Shown piece after piece: positions 10,154 to 18,826 of a stretch of 64,000 bases of DNA; the first letter of the stretch is position 1, and every line of letters begins with the position of its first letter. The notes under the pieces are model-generated. The model made no database searches. It was not told the origin of the DNA and saw only the letters and a list, made by a program, of their open reading frames with translations. Position numbers and translations under genes: made by a program. The stretch comes from Gammaproteobacteria bacterium (GTDB lineage: Bacteria; Pseudomonadota; Gammaproteobacteria; UBA4575): positions 896,001 to 960,000 of the forward strand of contig CBDCUI010000008.1 of NCBI GenBank assembly GCA_965222615.1, written 5' to 3'.

Positions 10154-11335
10154 ATGATGAATATGAAAACATTTCACGAATCAAATATGCAAGATGCGTT
10201 ACAAAAAATTCGCAATGAACTAGGTAGTGATGCGATTATTATTTCCACTAAACAAAATAAAAATGGTGTACAAGTAGTAGCAGCTACTGATCAAGACGTT
10301 GTTGCTAGTAATAGTGACAATATAAAAGTACAAGAAGATAGAGAAATATCTTATCTCAATACAAAAAATCAGATTGATAATGATAGATCTTTAAATTCAA
10401 TAAATAAATTTACTAATGAAGATATTCAGGATGAAATCAGTAAGCTTCGTTATATGATCGAATCACAAACAGAAATAATAAGTTGGAATAAGATTATTAA
10501 TGAAAACTCTGTGGCTAGGGAGATTTTACAAAAACTCTCAATAAGTGGATTTGGATTTAACTTTAGTAAAGATATATTTGGACGGATTAATAACATTAGT
10601 GATCAAAATAGTGCGTGGACTGGGGTTGAAAAAATAATTTCTGAATCTATTGAAATTGTAGAAAAAAATATTATAGAAGTTGGAGGTGTAGTCGCCTTAG
10701 TTGGCCCTACAGGTGTAGGAAAAACTACTACGATTGCAAAAATTGCTGCGCAATATGCATTGAAGCATACAAATCACCAGATTGCACTCATCAGCACTGA
10801 TCATTATCGCATTGGTGCACATGACCAAATAAGCACTTATGCAAGCATACTAAATGTACCGGTCATTGCCGCAAGAAATAAAATTGAATTACAGCAAGCC
10901 TTGCATGTTGTCAGAGACAAAAAGCTAATTTTAATAGATACGCCAGGATTGTGTCAGCGTGATAATCGCGTTGCAGAAATTATGAAGACATTGTCTGAAC
11001 AGCCTAAAAATATCGATAAATATTTAGTGATGTCAGCAGCGTCGCAGTTGTTCGTACAAAAAGAAATTATTAGTCAATTCAATTCCGAAGTTATTGATGG
11101 TGCAATCATCAGTAAAACTGATGAGACATCACAAATTGGTGGAATCTTAACTGCATTGATAGAGCAAGGTTTGCCGATAGTGTTTGAAACAACTGGGCAA
11201 CGTGTACCTGAAGACTTAGTGCGTACAAATCAAGTTAAGTTATTGAAAAAAGCTATTTATTTAGGTGAAAAATTTGGAAAGATGGAATGCTTTCATCCAA
11301 CAGAACTATATAGTGAGTTATTAGAAAATGTTTAA
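10154..11335 (+). CDS. flhF: Flagellar SRP-family GTPase FlhF
   Basis: GPTGVGKTTT, DTPG, KTDE, GQRVPED motifs. Confidence 0.93.
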   Translation: MMNMKTFHESNMQDALQKIRNELGSDAIIISTKQNKNGVQVVAATDQDVVASNSDNIKVQEDREISYLNTKNQIDNDRSLNSINKFTNEDIQDEISKLRYMIESQTEIISWNKIINENSVAREILQKLSISGFGFNFSKDIFGRINNISDQNSAWTGVEKIISESIEIVEKNIIEVGGVVALVGPTGVGKTTTIAKIAAQYALKHTNHQIALISTDHYRIGAHDQISTYASILNVPVIAARNKIELQQALHVVRDKKLILIDTPGLCQRDNRVAEIMKTLSEQPKNIDKYLVMSAASQLFVQKEIISQFNSEVIDGAIISKTDETSQIGGILTALIEQGLPIVFETTGQRVPEDLVRTNQVKLLKKAIYLGEKFGKMECFHPTELYSELLENV

Positions 11336-12218
11336 AGAAAATAATTGTAATGTAGCCCAAATTGATCAGGCCTATTCTTTAAGGAAGCTTACTACAATTG
11401 ATGATATTTCTGTTATCGCAATAACCGGTGGCAAAGGAGGTGTTGGTAAAACTAGTATAGCAATTAATTTGTCAATAGCACTATCAATGCTGAAGAACGA
11501 TGTAATGCTATTAGACGCAGATTTTGGATTATCAAATGTAGATGTGTTGTTAGGTTTAAATGCATGTAGAAATCTACAGCATGTGTTACTAGAAGAGTGT
11601 GCCTTAGAAGATGTAATAGTTGAAGGACCGTATGGTGTTCAAATAATTCCTGCATCGCCTGGAATTCGTAGTATGGCAAATTTATCAACATATGAGCATT
11701 TAGGAATAATAGATTCTATTAGCCAACTTACATATCCAATTGATTACTTTTTAATTGATACTGCAGCCGGTATTCATGATGGGGTCTTTTTGTTTTCACA
11801 AATGGCTAGCAATGTAGTAGTAGTGCTTTGTGATGAACCTGCATCGATTGCTGACGCATATGCACTAATTAAAGTACTTAGCAAAAACGATAAAAATAAG
11901 AGATATAGAGTACTAACTAATATGACAGAATCAAGTGCACACGCAGAACAGCTATTTAATCAATTTGCAAAGGTGTGTAACCATTTTCTGGATGTAACAC
12001 TAGAATATTGTGGGTATATACCAGATGATGAATATTTGAAGAAGGCCATTCAAAAACAAAAAACTATTTTTGACTCGTATCCAAGTAGTCGATCGGCATT
12101 AGCATTTAAGCGAATAGCTAAAGAGATCGAGCTTTGGCCCAAACAAACTTATACCAACGGGACGGTAGAATTGTTTTTAGAACGCCAATTATCGAACCGC
12201 AAAAACAATAGGGTGTAG
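11328..12218 (+). CDS. flhG: MinD-like flagellar number regulator FlhG/FleN
   Basis: GGKGGVGKT deviant Walker A, DADFGLSNVD, DTAAG; lies between flhF and fliA. Confidence 0.92.
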   Translation: MFKENNCNVAQIDQAYSLRKLTTIDDISVIAITGGKGGVGKTSIAINLSIALSMLKNDVMLLDADFGLSNVDVLLGLNACRNLQHVLLEECALEDVIVEGPYGVQIIPASPGIRSMANLSTYEHLGIIDSISQLTYPIDYFLIDTAAGIHDGVFLFSQMASNVVVVLCDEPASIADAYALIKVLSKNDKNKRYRVLTNMTESSAHAEQLFNQFAKVCNHFLDVTLEYCGYIPDDEYLKKAIQKQKTIFDSYPSSRSALAFKRIAKEIELWPKQTYTNGTVELFLERQLSNRKNNRV

Positions 12219-12223
12219 ATGTT

Positions 12224-12955
12224 ATGACAGGTACTGGAGCTGCAAGTTACGTAGCAATTCAAAATTTAGATATAGATGCCGTCGTAACGCAACATGCATC
12301 TTTGGTCAAGCGTATTGCATATCATATGAAAGGCAGGTTGCCTGATACAGTACTTGTAGATGATTTAATCCAGTCTGGAATGGTTGGTTTGTTAGAAGCT
12401 GCTAGAAATTATGATCCTACGCATGGTGCTAGTTTTGAAACTTATGCAGGAATACGTATTCGTGGTGCAATGCTCGATGAAATAAGACGGGGAGATTGGA
12501 CGCCAAGATCTGTGCATCGAAAATCTCGACAGATGATGGAGGCAATTCAAAAAGTTGAAAATAGAACATTATCCAGTGCGACTGATGCGGAAGTCGCAAA
12601 AGAAATGGGTATTGATCTAAATGAGTACAACCAGATATTAAGAAACTCATCAATCGCACAAGTATTTAGTATAGATGATGGAGATGAGTCTATTGATCAT
12701 AAAATAGAAATGAGCTCTGATTCAAATCCAGATAAAGAATATACAGATGATCAATTTCATGCAGAACTTACGGCTGCAATCAATAATTTACCAGAGCGTG
12801 AACGATTGGTAATGTCTCTTTATTATGAAGAAGAGATGAACTTGAAAGAAATAGGAAGTATTCTCGAAGTGAGTGAGTCTCGTGTATGTCAAATACATGG
12901 CAAAGCTTTAGTTATACTCCGCGCTACGTTAAGTGAATGGTTGAGTAATAATTAA
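12224..12955 (+). CDS. fliA: RNA polymerase sigma28 factor FliA
   Basis: LVKRIA.H...RLP..V..DDLIQ.G..GL, RIRGAMLDE.R..DW.PRS, ESRVCQIH. Confidence 0.97.
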   Translation: MTGTGAASYVAIQNLDIDAVVTQHASLVKRIAYHMKGRLPDTVLVDDLIQSGMVGLLEAARNYDPTHGASFETYAGIRIRGAMLDEIRRGDWTPRSVHRKSRQMMEAIQKVENRTLSSATDAEVAKEMGIDLNEYNQILRNSSIAQVFSIDDGDESIDHKIEMSSDSNPDKEYTDDQFHAELTAAINNLPERERLVMSLYYEEEMNLKEIGSILEVSESRVCQIHGKALVILRATLSEWLSNN

Positions 12956-13014
12956 TTTAAAATGGAATAATTATAAAAATTAATGGATATATGAGGATAC
13001 CTTTAATGATATAA

Positions 13015-13188
13015 ATGGCTAGCGAAAATAAAATTGGGTCTTTGACAAGAACTTGGCCGATTCTACCTGTCAAGAAAGATAGCCATGATAAAAAAAAGCA
13101 GAGTAATAACGAAGAAAAGACAAAAAAAATATCCGAGGATAAAATTGATAAAGATCCTGGTGATACGATAATTGATGAATATGTTTAG
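13015..13188 (+). CDS. Unannotated 57-aa charged micro-protein ending IIDEYV
   Basis: Hand translation MASENKIGSLTRTWPILPVKKDSHDKKKQSNNEEKTKKISEDKIDKDPGDTIIDEYV*; fills the fliA-DUF2802 gap; below the ORF-track length cutoff. Confidence 0.65.
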   Translation: MASENKIGSLTRTWPILPVKKDSHDKKKQSNNEEKTKKISEDKIDKDPGDTIIDEYV

Positions 13189-13206
13189 TTATAGATTGAG
13201 GTCATT

Positions 13207-13653
13207 ATGGAATTATATAATTTTAGTTATGAGTATTTTTTAAGCTTTATAAAAGAACTGTTTGTTATTTTACAGATTAATTATGAAAAATTACCATTGG
13301 TATTTTTTTGTTTTGGAATATTAGTAGCTATCTTACTTATTAATAAAAGAATAAATAAATTAGAAAAAATTCAAATTAATGATATTAATGATGTTACAAG
13401 CTTCAATCGTCTAATTGACGATGAAATAGGGATATTAAATGAAAGATATGATAGACAAAAAGGATTATTTAATAAAAGTAAAGGAAATGACGAGATAAAA
13501 CATGAGAAGCTATTCAATAATGCACCTTATACACAAGCTGTTCATTTAGCGCAGAGAGGCTATACCAGGGATGATATTATTTCATTATGTACATTAACTG
13601 AGTCGGAGGCTGAACTAATACTTGCTCTACATGCAAATTCAAAAGCGGCATAA
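13207..13653 (+). CDS. DUF2802-family membrane-anchored protein
   Basis: TM helix plus C-terminal Y.QA..LA..G....II..C.L..SEAEL...LH, the DUF2802 pattern seen in flagellar/chemotaxis loci. Confidence 0.75.
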   Translation: MELYNFSYEYFLSFIKELFVILQINYEKLPLVFFCFGILVAILLINKRINKLEKIQINDINDVTSFNRLIDDEIGILNERYDRQKGLFNKSKGNDEIKHEKLFNNAPYTQAVHLAQRGYTRDDIISLCTLTESEAELILALHANSKAA

Positions 13654-13698
13654 ATAAATTATCTATCACAGCAGATTGTAAACTAGTTTACCAGGGTT

Positions 13699-13725
13699 TA
13701 AAGAATAAATAACTTAGGTCGATAA
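13699..13725 (+). promoter_or_regulatory. Putative sigma28 (FliA) promoter
   Basis: TAAA-N15-GTCGATAA, one mismatch to TAAA-N15-GCCGATAA. Confidence 0.65.
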
Positions 13726-13754
13726 ATGCTTTATTAAAATAAGCATATATCGAG

Positions 13755-13928
13755 ATGTATTTTAAGTGTTCATGGTGTGGGATGAGGATTTCGGATAAAC
13801 CCCTGTATTATTCCTCTGGTTTTGTGGACTTGGCTCCAGGATTTAAGGTCTTTTGTGGACCAGCTTGTTCCTTAGCAGATTATCTCTCCCAACATAAGCA
13901 CTCGTCTGACAAAACAACCCAACATTAA
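13755..13928 (+). CDS. Unannotated 57-aa Cys4 micro-protein (TRASH/zf-FCS-like)
   Basis: Hand translation MYFKCSWCGMRISDKPLYYSSGFVDLAPGFKVFCGPACSLADYLSQHKHSSDKTTQH*; CxxC...FCxxxC; directly downstream of a sigma28-like promoter. Confidence 0.6.
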   Translation: MYFKCSWCGMRISDKPLYYSSGFVDLAPGFKVFCGPACSLADYLSQHKHSSDKTTQH

Positions 13929-13963
13929 GATATATTCCTTATAAATCAGTCAGTTATATTTCT

Positions 13964-13990
13964 TAAAGCTGACAATTTTTAAGCCGATAA
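13964..13990 (+). promoter_or_regulatory. sigma28 (FliA) promoter
   Basis: Exact TAAA-N15-GCCGATAA, upstream of the K+ channel gene. Confidence 0.75.
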
Positions 13991-14153
13991 ATTAAATGTG
14001 TCGGCAATTGCTCTTACGCACTCTCACTGTATTGAGTAATTTTCAGATAACTTCGTTTAGGCTGTTTCAAATACAAGCCAGACTTGCTTGTATACACGTA
14101 TAACAAATGGAAGTGCATTAGAGATTATGTAATGGAAGATGCATTAAATAAAA

Positions 14154-15164
14154 ATGTATTTAAGAAGACGTATTTATCAAATACTTGAACTAGCCACAAA
14201 GGGAGACTCGGCTAGTAAAGTATTGGACATATTTCTAATTTCTCTAATTGTTCTAAGTGTAATCGCAATTGTTCTAGAGTCAGTACAGTCAATTAACGAA
14301 AAATACTACACGTTATTTTATTACTTCGAAATATTTGCAGTATCAATATTTTCGCTAGAGTATATATTAAGAGTTTGGGCTTGCGTTGAAAATCCAAAGT
14401 GGAGGAGAGTCACTTCTAATAAGTTGAAATTAAGATCCAAATATATCTTTTCATTTGAAGCGCTTGTGGATCTATTTGCTGTTTTACCATTTTACTTAGT
14501 ATTGTTTGGTTTGTCGGGAAATATAGATCTAAGGTTTTTACGTTCATTTAGACTTCTTAGAATATTTAAACTAACCAGATATTCTGGAGCATTTGATGTT
14601 TTATTTACCGCGTTTAAAGAAAATGCTAGTGCCTTTGGTGCAGCATTTTTTGTTTTGTTAATTGTTATGTTATTAGCAGCAACCGGGATGTACTATTTTG
14701 AACATAAAGTGCAACCAGTTGCATTTGGAAGCATTTTAGCTTCTATGTGGTGGGCGTTCGCGACATTAACGACTGTAGGCTACGGTGATGTCACGCCAAT
14801 CACTGCTGGTGGAAAAGTATTTGGTGCATTAATAACAGTATTAGGTGTTGGGATGGTAGCTTTACCAACAGCGATCTTGGCATCAGCATTTTCAGAGCAA
14901 TTACGGATTCGCTCAAGTAAATATGAATACCTTGCGGACCAAGCATATGAAGATGGAATATTGACTGAAGATGAAAAAATTGGTCTCGAAAAAAAGCGCG
15001 AGGAATTAGGTCTAAGTAAGGATACTGCAGATCTCATATTAATAAATGAGCATAAGAAATTAAATAAATCTAGTGAAGAAAATAAAGAATATTGTCCACA
15101 TTGTGGTAGCCAAATTAATGTATCAGATAATACCAAGACGGACTATATACAAAAATGTAGTTAA
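14154..15164 (+). CDS. Voltage-gated (6-TM) potassium channel
   Basis: S4 LRFLRSFRLLRIFKLTRY, selectivity filter TLTTVGYGD, C-terminal CPHCG. Confidence 0.92.
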   Translation: MYLRRRIYQILELATKGDSASKVLDIFLISLIVLSVIAIVLESVQSINEKYYTLFYYFEIFAVSIFSLEYILRVWACVENPKWRRVTSNKLKLRSKYIFSFEALVDLFAVLPFYLVLFGLSGNIDLRFLRSFRLLRIFKLTRYSGAFDVLFTAFKENASAFGAAFFVLLIVMLLAATGMYYFEHKVQPVAFGSILASMWWAFATLTTVGYGDVTPITAGGKVFGALITVLGVGMVALPTAILASAFSEQLRIRSSKYEYLADQAYEDGILTEDEKIGLEKKREELGLSKDTADLILINEHKKLNKSSEENKEYCPHCGSQINVSDNTKTDYIQKCS

Positions 15165-15444
15165 GCATACGAGTCTTCATACACAATGCATTATAGAAAT
15201 GCAGAATAAGCTTGCTTCAAGCGATTCTCTGATCTATTGATGAAGTTGCAAAGATCAATGAATATGAAGACGCTTGTAGGGTTTGTTGAAAATGAAGCTA
15301 TTTTGACTAGCTAACACGAGATAGATATCGATTATGCACGAGGTTTCGGTATTAGAGAGCCAGTAATGCTGGATTGAGATGGGGGGTAAAGGTCTCAAGA
15401 TTTGATATTTTGGCCGTTATATTAGTAGAACTGAAGCAGAAAAC

Positions 15445-17001
15445 TTGATGAGATTAGATGTGGCTGTATTAGATAATCCCGAACTGATAACACGATTGGA
15501 GCGCTGTCGTAGCTTACCTACACCTCCTGGCGTTGCTGAACAAATAATTAGCCTAAGTGCACAGCCTAATAGCGATATGGCAATGCTTACAGATATTGTA
15601 AGTCGTGACCCTGCTTTAACTGTAAAAATATTGCGCATGGCAAATTCACCGTTATATGCAAAGCAGGGAAAGATCGATAATTTGCAACAAGCGATATTGA
15701 TGTTTGGTTGGAACGGGACATTAAATCTTGCTTTGAGTTTTTCACTTGTACCAAAGGCTCCATCGGTTGCGGGTGTGGGGCTAGATTATACTTTTTTCTG
15801 GAAACGATCATTGGCTGCAGCGGTAGCAAGTAGGCATTTAGGTGAGACTGTTGGAATAAATAGTAGAAAACAAGATTTATTTTTACCTGGTTTGCTTCAA
15901 GATGTTGGTATGTTGGCCTTAGATAGGGCAATACCTAATTTCTATGATGATCTTGGAGATAAACAGCATGATCACAAATACGTTCAACGCTATGAGATTG
16001 AAGAATTAGGTTCAGACCATGCAGTGGTTGGCGCTTGGCTATTGGAACGATGGAATTTTCCTAAAAGAATAATCGAACTTGTAGAGATAAGTCATGGTGA
16101 GGAAAAATATTTAGATAACACTGAAGTAGAACTTTCTAAAAACTGTATTGAAATATCAAATGTAATTGCAGATTGTATTTGTTGTGAAGAAGATCAAAAA
16201 GATTATCAGCACGCCGCAAGAGTAACTGAAAAAGTGCTTGAAATAAAAAAAGAAATATTTATTGAAAATTTCGAAAGTATAACTGAGGAACTACTTGAAG
16301 CGGCTTCAATATTTGAATTGGATGTAGGTCATCCAAATCTATTAAATTGTATAGTCGATCAAGCAAGAGAAATGCTATTGTTGCGTAGTATGGAAACTTT
16401 AAAGACTGCAGAAGAGTTACATGAAGCTGCAGTATCATTAGAATCAAAAGCTAATAAACTAGAAGAGTTTACTAAAAAGGATCCTCTGACAAATATCTAC
16501 AATCGTGGTTATTTAGAGATTGCTTTACCTAGAGAATTTGAAATGTCTAAAGATACAAACTGGCCACTTTCTATTGTGATGGTAGATTTAGATCATTTCA
16601 AAAAAGTAAACGATACATACGGACATGACTGTGGGGATAAAGCATTAATCTATGCTGTTGATGTATTGAAATCATGTATTCGTACGACCGATTCTCTATA
16701 TAGATATGGTGGAGAAGAATTTGTTGTTGTATTACCTGATACTGGTACGGTAGGCGCTGAATGCTTTGCAAAAAGAATTATAGAAACATTTAATAATTCT
16801 GCATTTGAGTATCGAGAAAATTTAAAAATACCTGTCACAGCATCATTAGGTCTTGCTATACAAGGCGAGGGTACTCATTTTGAAAGCTGGGAAGATTTAC
16901 TCAATACCGCAGATGATTGTATGTACATATCAAAATCAAATGGCCGAAATCAGTATACACTTTATAAGGAAGAGCCGCCTGTAAATGCTGTGGCAAGTTG
17001 A
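15445..17001 (+). CDS. HDOD-GGDEF diguanylate cyclase
   Basis: N-terminal HDOD (LPT.P...DPALT.KILR.ANS); DPLT..YNR, DLDHFK.VNDTYGH, RTTD I-site, GGEEF. Confidence 0.92.
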   Translation: MMRLDVAVLDNPELITRLERCRSLPTPPGVAEQIISLSAQPNSDMAMLTDIVSRDPALTVKILRMANSPLYAKQGKIDNLQQAILMFGWNGTLNLALSFSLVPKAPSVAGVGLDYTFFWKRSLAAAVASRHLGETVGINSRKQDLFLPGLLQDVGMLALDRAIPNFYDDLGDKQHDHKYVQRYEIEELGSDHAVVGAWLLERWNFPKRIIELVEISHGEEKYLDNTEVELSKNCIEISNVIADCICCEEDQKDYQHAARVTEKVLEIKKEIFIENFESITEELLEAASIFELDVGHPNLLNCIVDQAREMLLLRSMETLKTAEELHEAAVSLESKANKLEEFTKKDPLTNIYNRGYLEIALPREFEMSKDTNWPLSIVMVDLDHFKKVNDTYGHDCGDKALIYAVDVLKSCIRTTDSLYRYGGEEFVVVLPDTGTVGAECFAKRIIETFNNSAFEYRENLKIPVTASLGLAIQGEGTHFESWEDLLNTADDCMYISKSNGRNQYTLYKEEPPVNAVAS

Positions 17002-17060
17002 ACTTAATCTAAACGAAAAATTAAATAACTGATGTCGATAGGACAAATGGAAGAAAAGTT

Positions 17061-18020
17061 ATGGAACTTTGTATACAGGACTTGATTGATAATGAAACGT
17101 TTGCACTATTAGAACAGTGCAAAGATTTACCTAGTCCACCAGGTGTAGCAGATCAAATAATACATCTAAGCTCAAAATCAAATTCAAACATTGATACCTT
17201 AGCTGAAATTGTCAGTTATGATCCTGCGCTTACAGCAAAAATATTACGAATTGCTAATTCATCTTTATATGCGAGGCGTGCTAAAACGGAAAATATTCAA
17301 CAAGCTGTTGTAATGTTTGGTTGGGAGGGAACATTGAGTCTTGCACTAAGTTTTTCGTTAGTAAGTAGTATAAGTAAGCAGGGGGATGGCTTAGATTATA
17401 GTTTTTTTTGGAAACGGTCACTGGCCTCTGCAGTCTCATGTAAGTGTTTAGCTGATATAACTGGGTATGCAAAGAAGGAAGAGTTATTTTTACCTGGCTT
17501 ATTACAAGATATTGGTATGTTAGCGATAGATAAAGTTCATCCAGAGTTATATTCAGGTATAGGGGAGAAGCAAACAAATCATGACTACTTAGTAAATTTT
17601 GAGAAAGATAAGCTAGGTTTTGATCATGCAGTAGTTGGGGCGTGGCTGTTAAATAAATGGGAAATTCCTGAGAAAATTACCGAGCTTGTATCTGCTAGCC
17701 ATGGCGATAATATGAATTATATTAATAATGAGTACAAGCTACCCGCAAAGTGTGTTGCATTTGCCGGCGTGCTTGCAGATTGTATTTGCTGTGATCATGC
17801 TGAGGAAGGCTACTTAAAAGAAGCGGATACAGCAGAAAAAGAGTTTGGCATTGATATTATAGAATTTATGAATTTGATCGGAATCGTTACAAATGAGTTT
17901 TTAGAGACAGCAAATTTATTTGATCTCGAAATAGATGATCCTCACCTACTAGAGACTGTTGCTGAAATGGCTAAAATGACAATAGAGTTAAGTGGGACAG
18001 ATAAAAATCAGGCTGCATAG
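17061..18020 (+). CDS. Stand-alone HDOD domain protein
   Basis: DPALTAKILRIANS, GLLQDIG, DHAVVGAWLL; paralogous to the N-terminal part of the upstream gene. Confidence 0.88.
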   Translation: MELCIQDLIDNETFALLEQCKDLPSPPGVADQIIHLSSKSNSNIDTLAEIVSYDPALTAKILRIANSSLYARRAKTENIQQAVVMFGWEGTLSLALSFSLVSSISKQGDGLDYSFFWKRSLASAVSCKCLADITGYAKKEELFLPGLLQDIGMLAIDKVHPELYSGIGEKQTNHDYLVNFEKDKLGFDHAVVGAWLLNKWEIPEKITELVSASHGDNMNYINNEYKLPAKCVAFAGVLADCICCDHAEEGYLKEADTAEKEFGIDIIEFMNLIGIVTNEFLETANLFDLEIDDPHLLETVAEMAKMTIELSGTDKNQAA

Positions 18021-18641
18021 TTAGTTACATGTACGTAGCTTTGTCTCTGTAGCCCAATAAATGGATTCTTTAGCAAATTGACTTTCCGATCCGTTTTCAT
18101 CGATATCAGGACATTGGGAAACAATATTTTCGATTTCTGTCCATATAGTTAGAGATGCTTCAGCTAGTTGGCAAAAATCAGTAATACTACTGTTATTTTG
18201 AAAATTATTTTGATCTTTACGCTGTAAACTTAAAAAGCGATTATTAGCGGTTTCACAATTAATGATTTTGCCACTTTTGAATAGTTCTTTATCATCAGCA
18301 GCTTTCGAGATTTTTTCATATATAGAGTTATATTCATTTATAGCGTCAAATATCTCGTCATCTGTCATAGCCGATTGCAGCTGATCAATTTTGTCAATTG
18401 CAGAATCATCCCCAAACAATGCCGTTACTCGATACCAGGCATGTGCTTTGGCATAGTCTTGTAAAACACCTGCGCCTTCAAAATATATCTCGCCTAATTG
18501 CATTTGTGCTGAAGTATCTCCACGAACTGCATCTTCTAATAACTGATCAATATCATTTGATGCCATAGATTGTAGACTAACTATTAATAGCCCGAATAAA
18601 GTAAATAAAAAGTAATATAATAGCTGTAGGTATGGTCGCAT
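18021..18641 (-). CDS. Secreted Sel1-repeat protein
   Basis: Signal-like N-terminus; AQMQLGEIYFEGAGVLQDYAKAHAWY Sel1 repeat. Confidence 0.8.
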   Translation of the reverse strand: MRPYLQLLYYFLFTLFGLLIVSLQSMASNDIDQLLEDAVRGDTSAQMQLGEIYFEGAGVLQDYAKAHAWYRVTALFGDDSAIDKIDQLQSAMTDDEIFDAINEYNSIYEKISKAADDKELFKSGKIINCETANNRFLSLQRKDQNNFQNNSSITDFCQLAEASLTIWTEIENIVSQCPDIDENGSESQFAKESIYWATETKLRTCN

Positions 18642-18826
18642 AATTTTACTGTGCTAAAGTTAATGTCCTTTCCCAATGGTAGATGCATGAAATACCAGGT
18701 GAAGTATTGGTGCCTCTATATTTTATGTTTAATTGTTCATCTATGATTTGGCCATTGAATTTCATATTCAAGGTCCCTTTAAACCCTTGTCTAGTTTCAT
18801 ATCTGTAACTGTAGTTCCCTAATAGA

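Noticed and set aside
13820-13860. TTTTGTGGAC direct repeat and minus-strand GGA motifs as a Csr-type sRNA or operator
   Set aside because: Falls inside the Cys micro-ORF, few GGA loops and no terminator; a coding explanation or chance is sufficient.
17010-17041. sigma28 promoter before the stand-alone HDOD gene (GTCGATAG)
   Set aside because: The -10-like box is present but no TAAA/TCAAG lies at the correct spacing.
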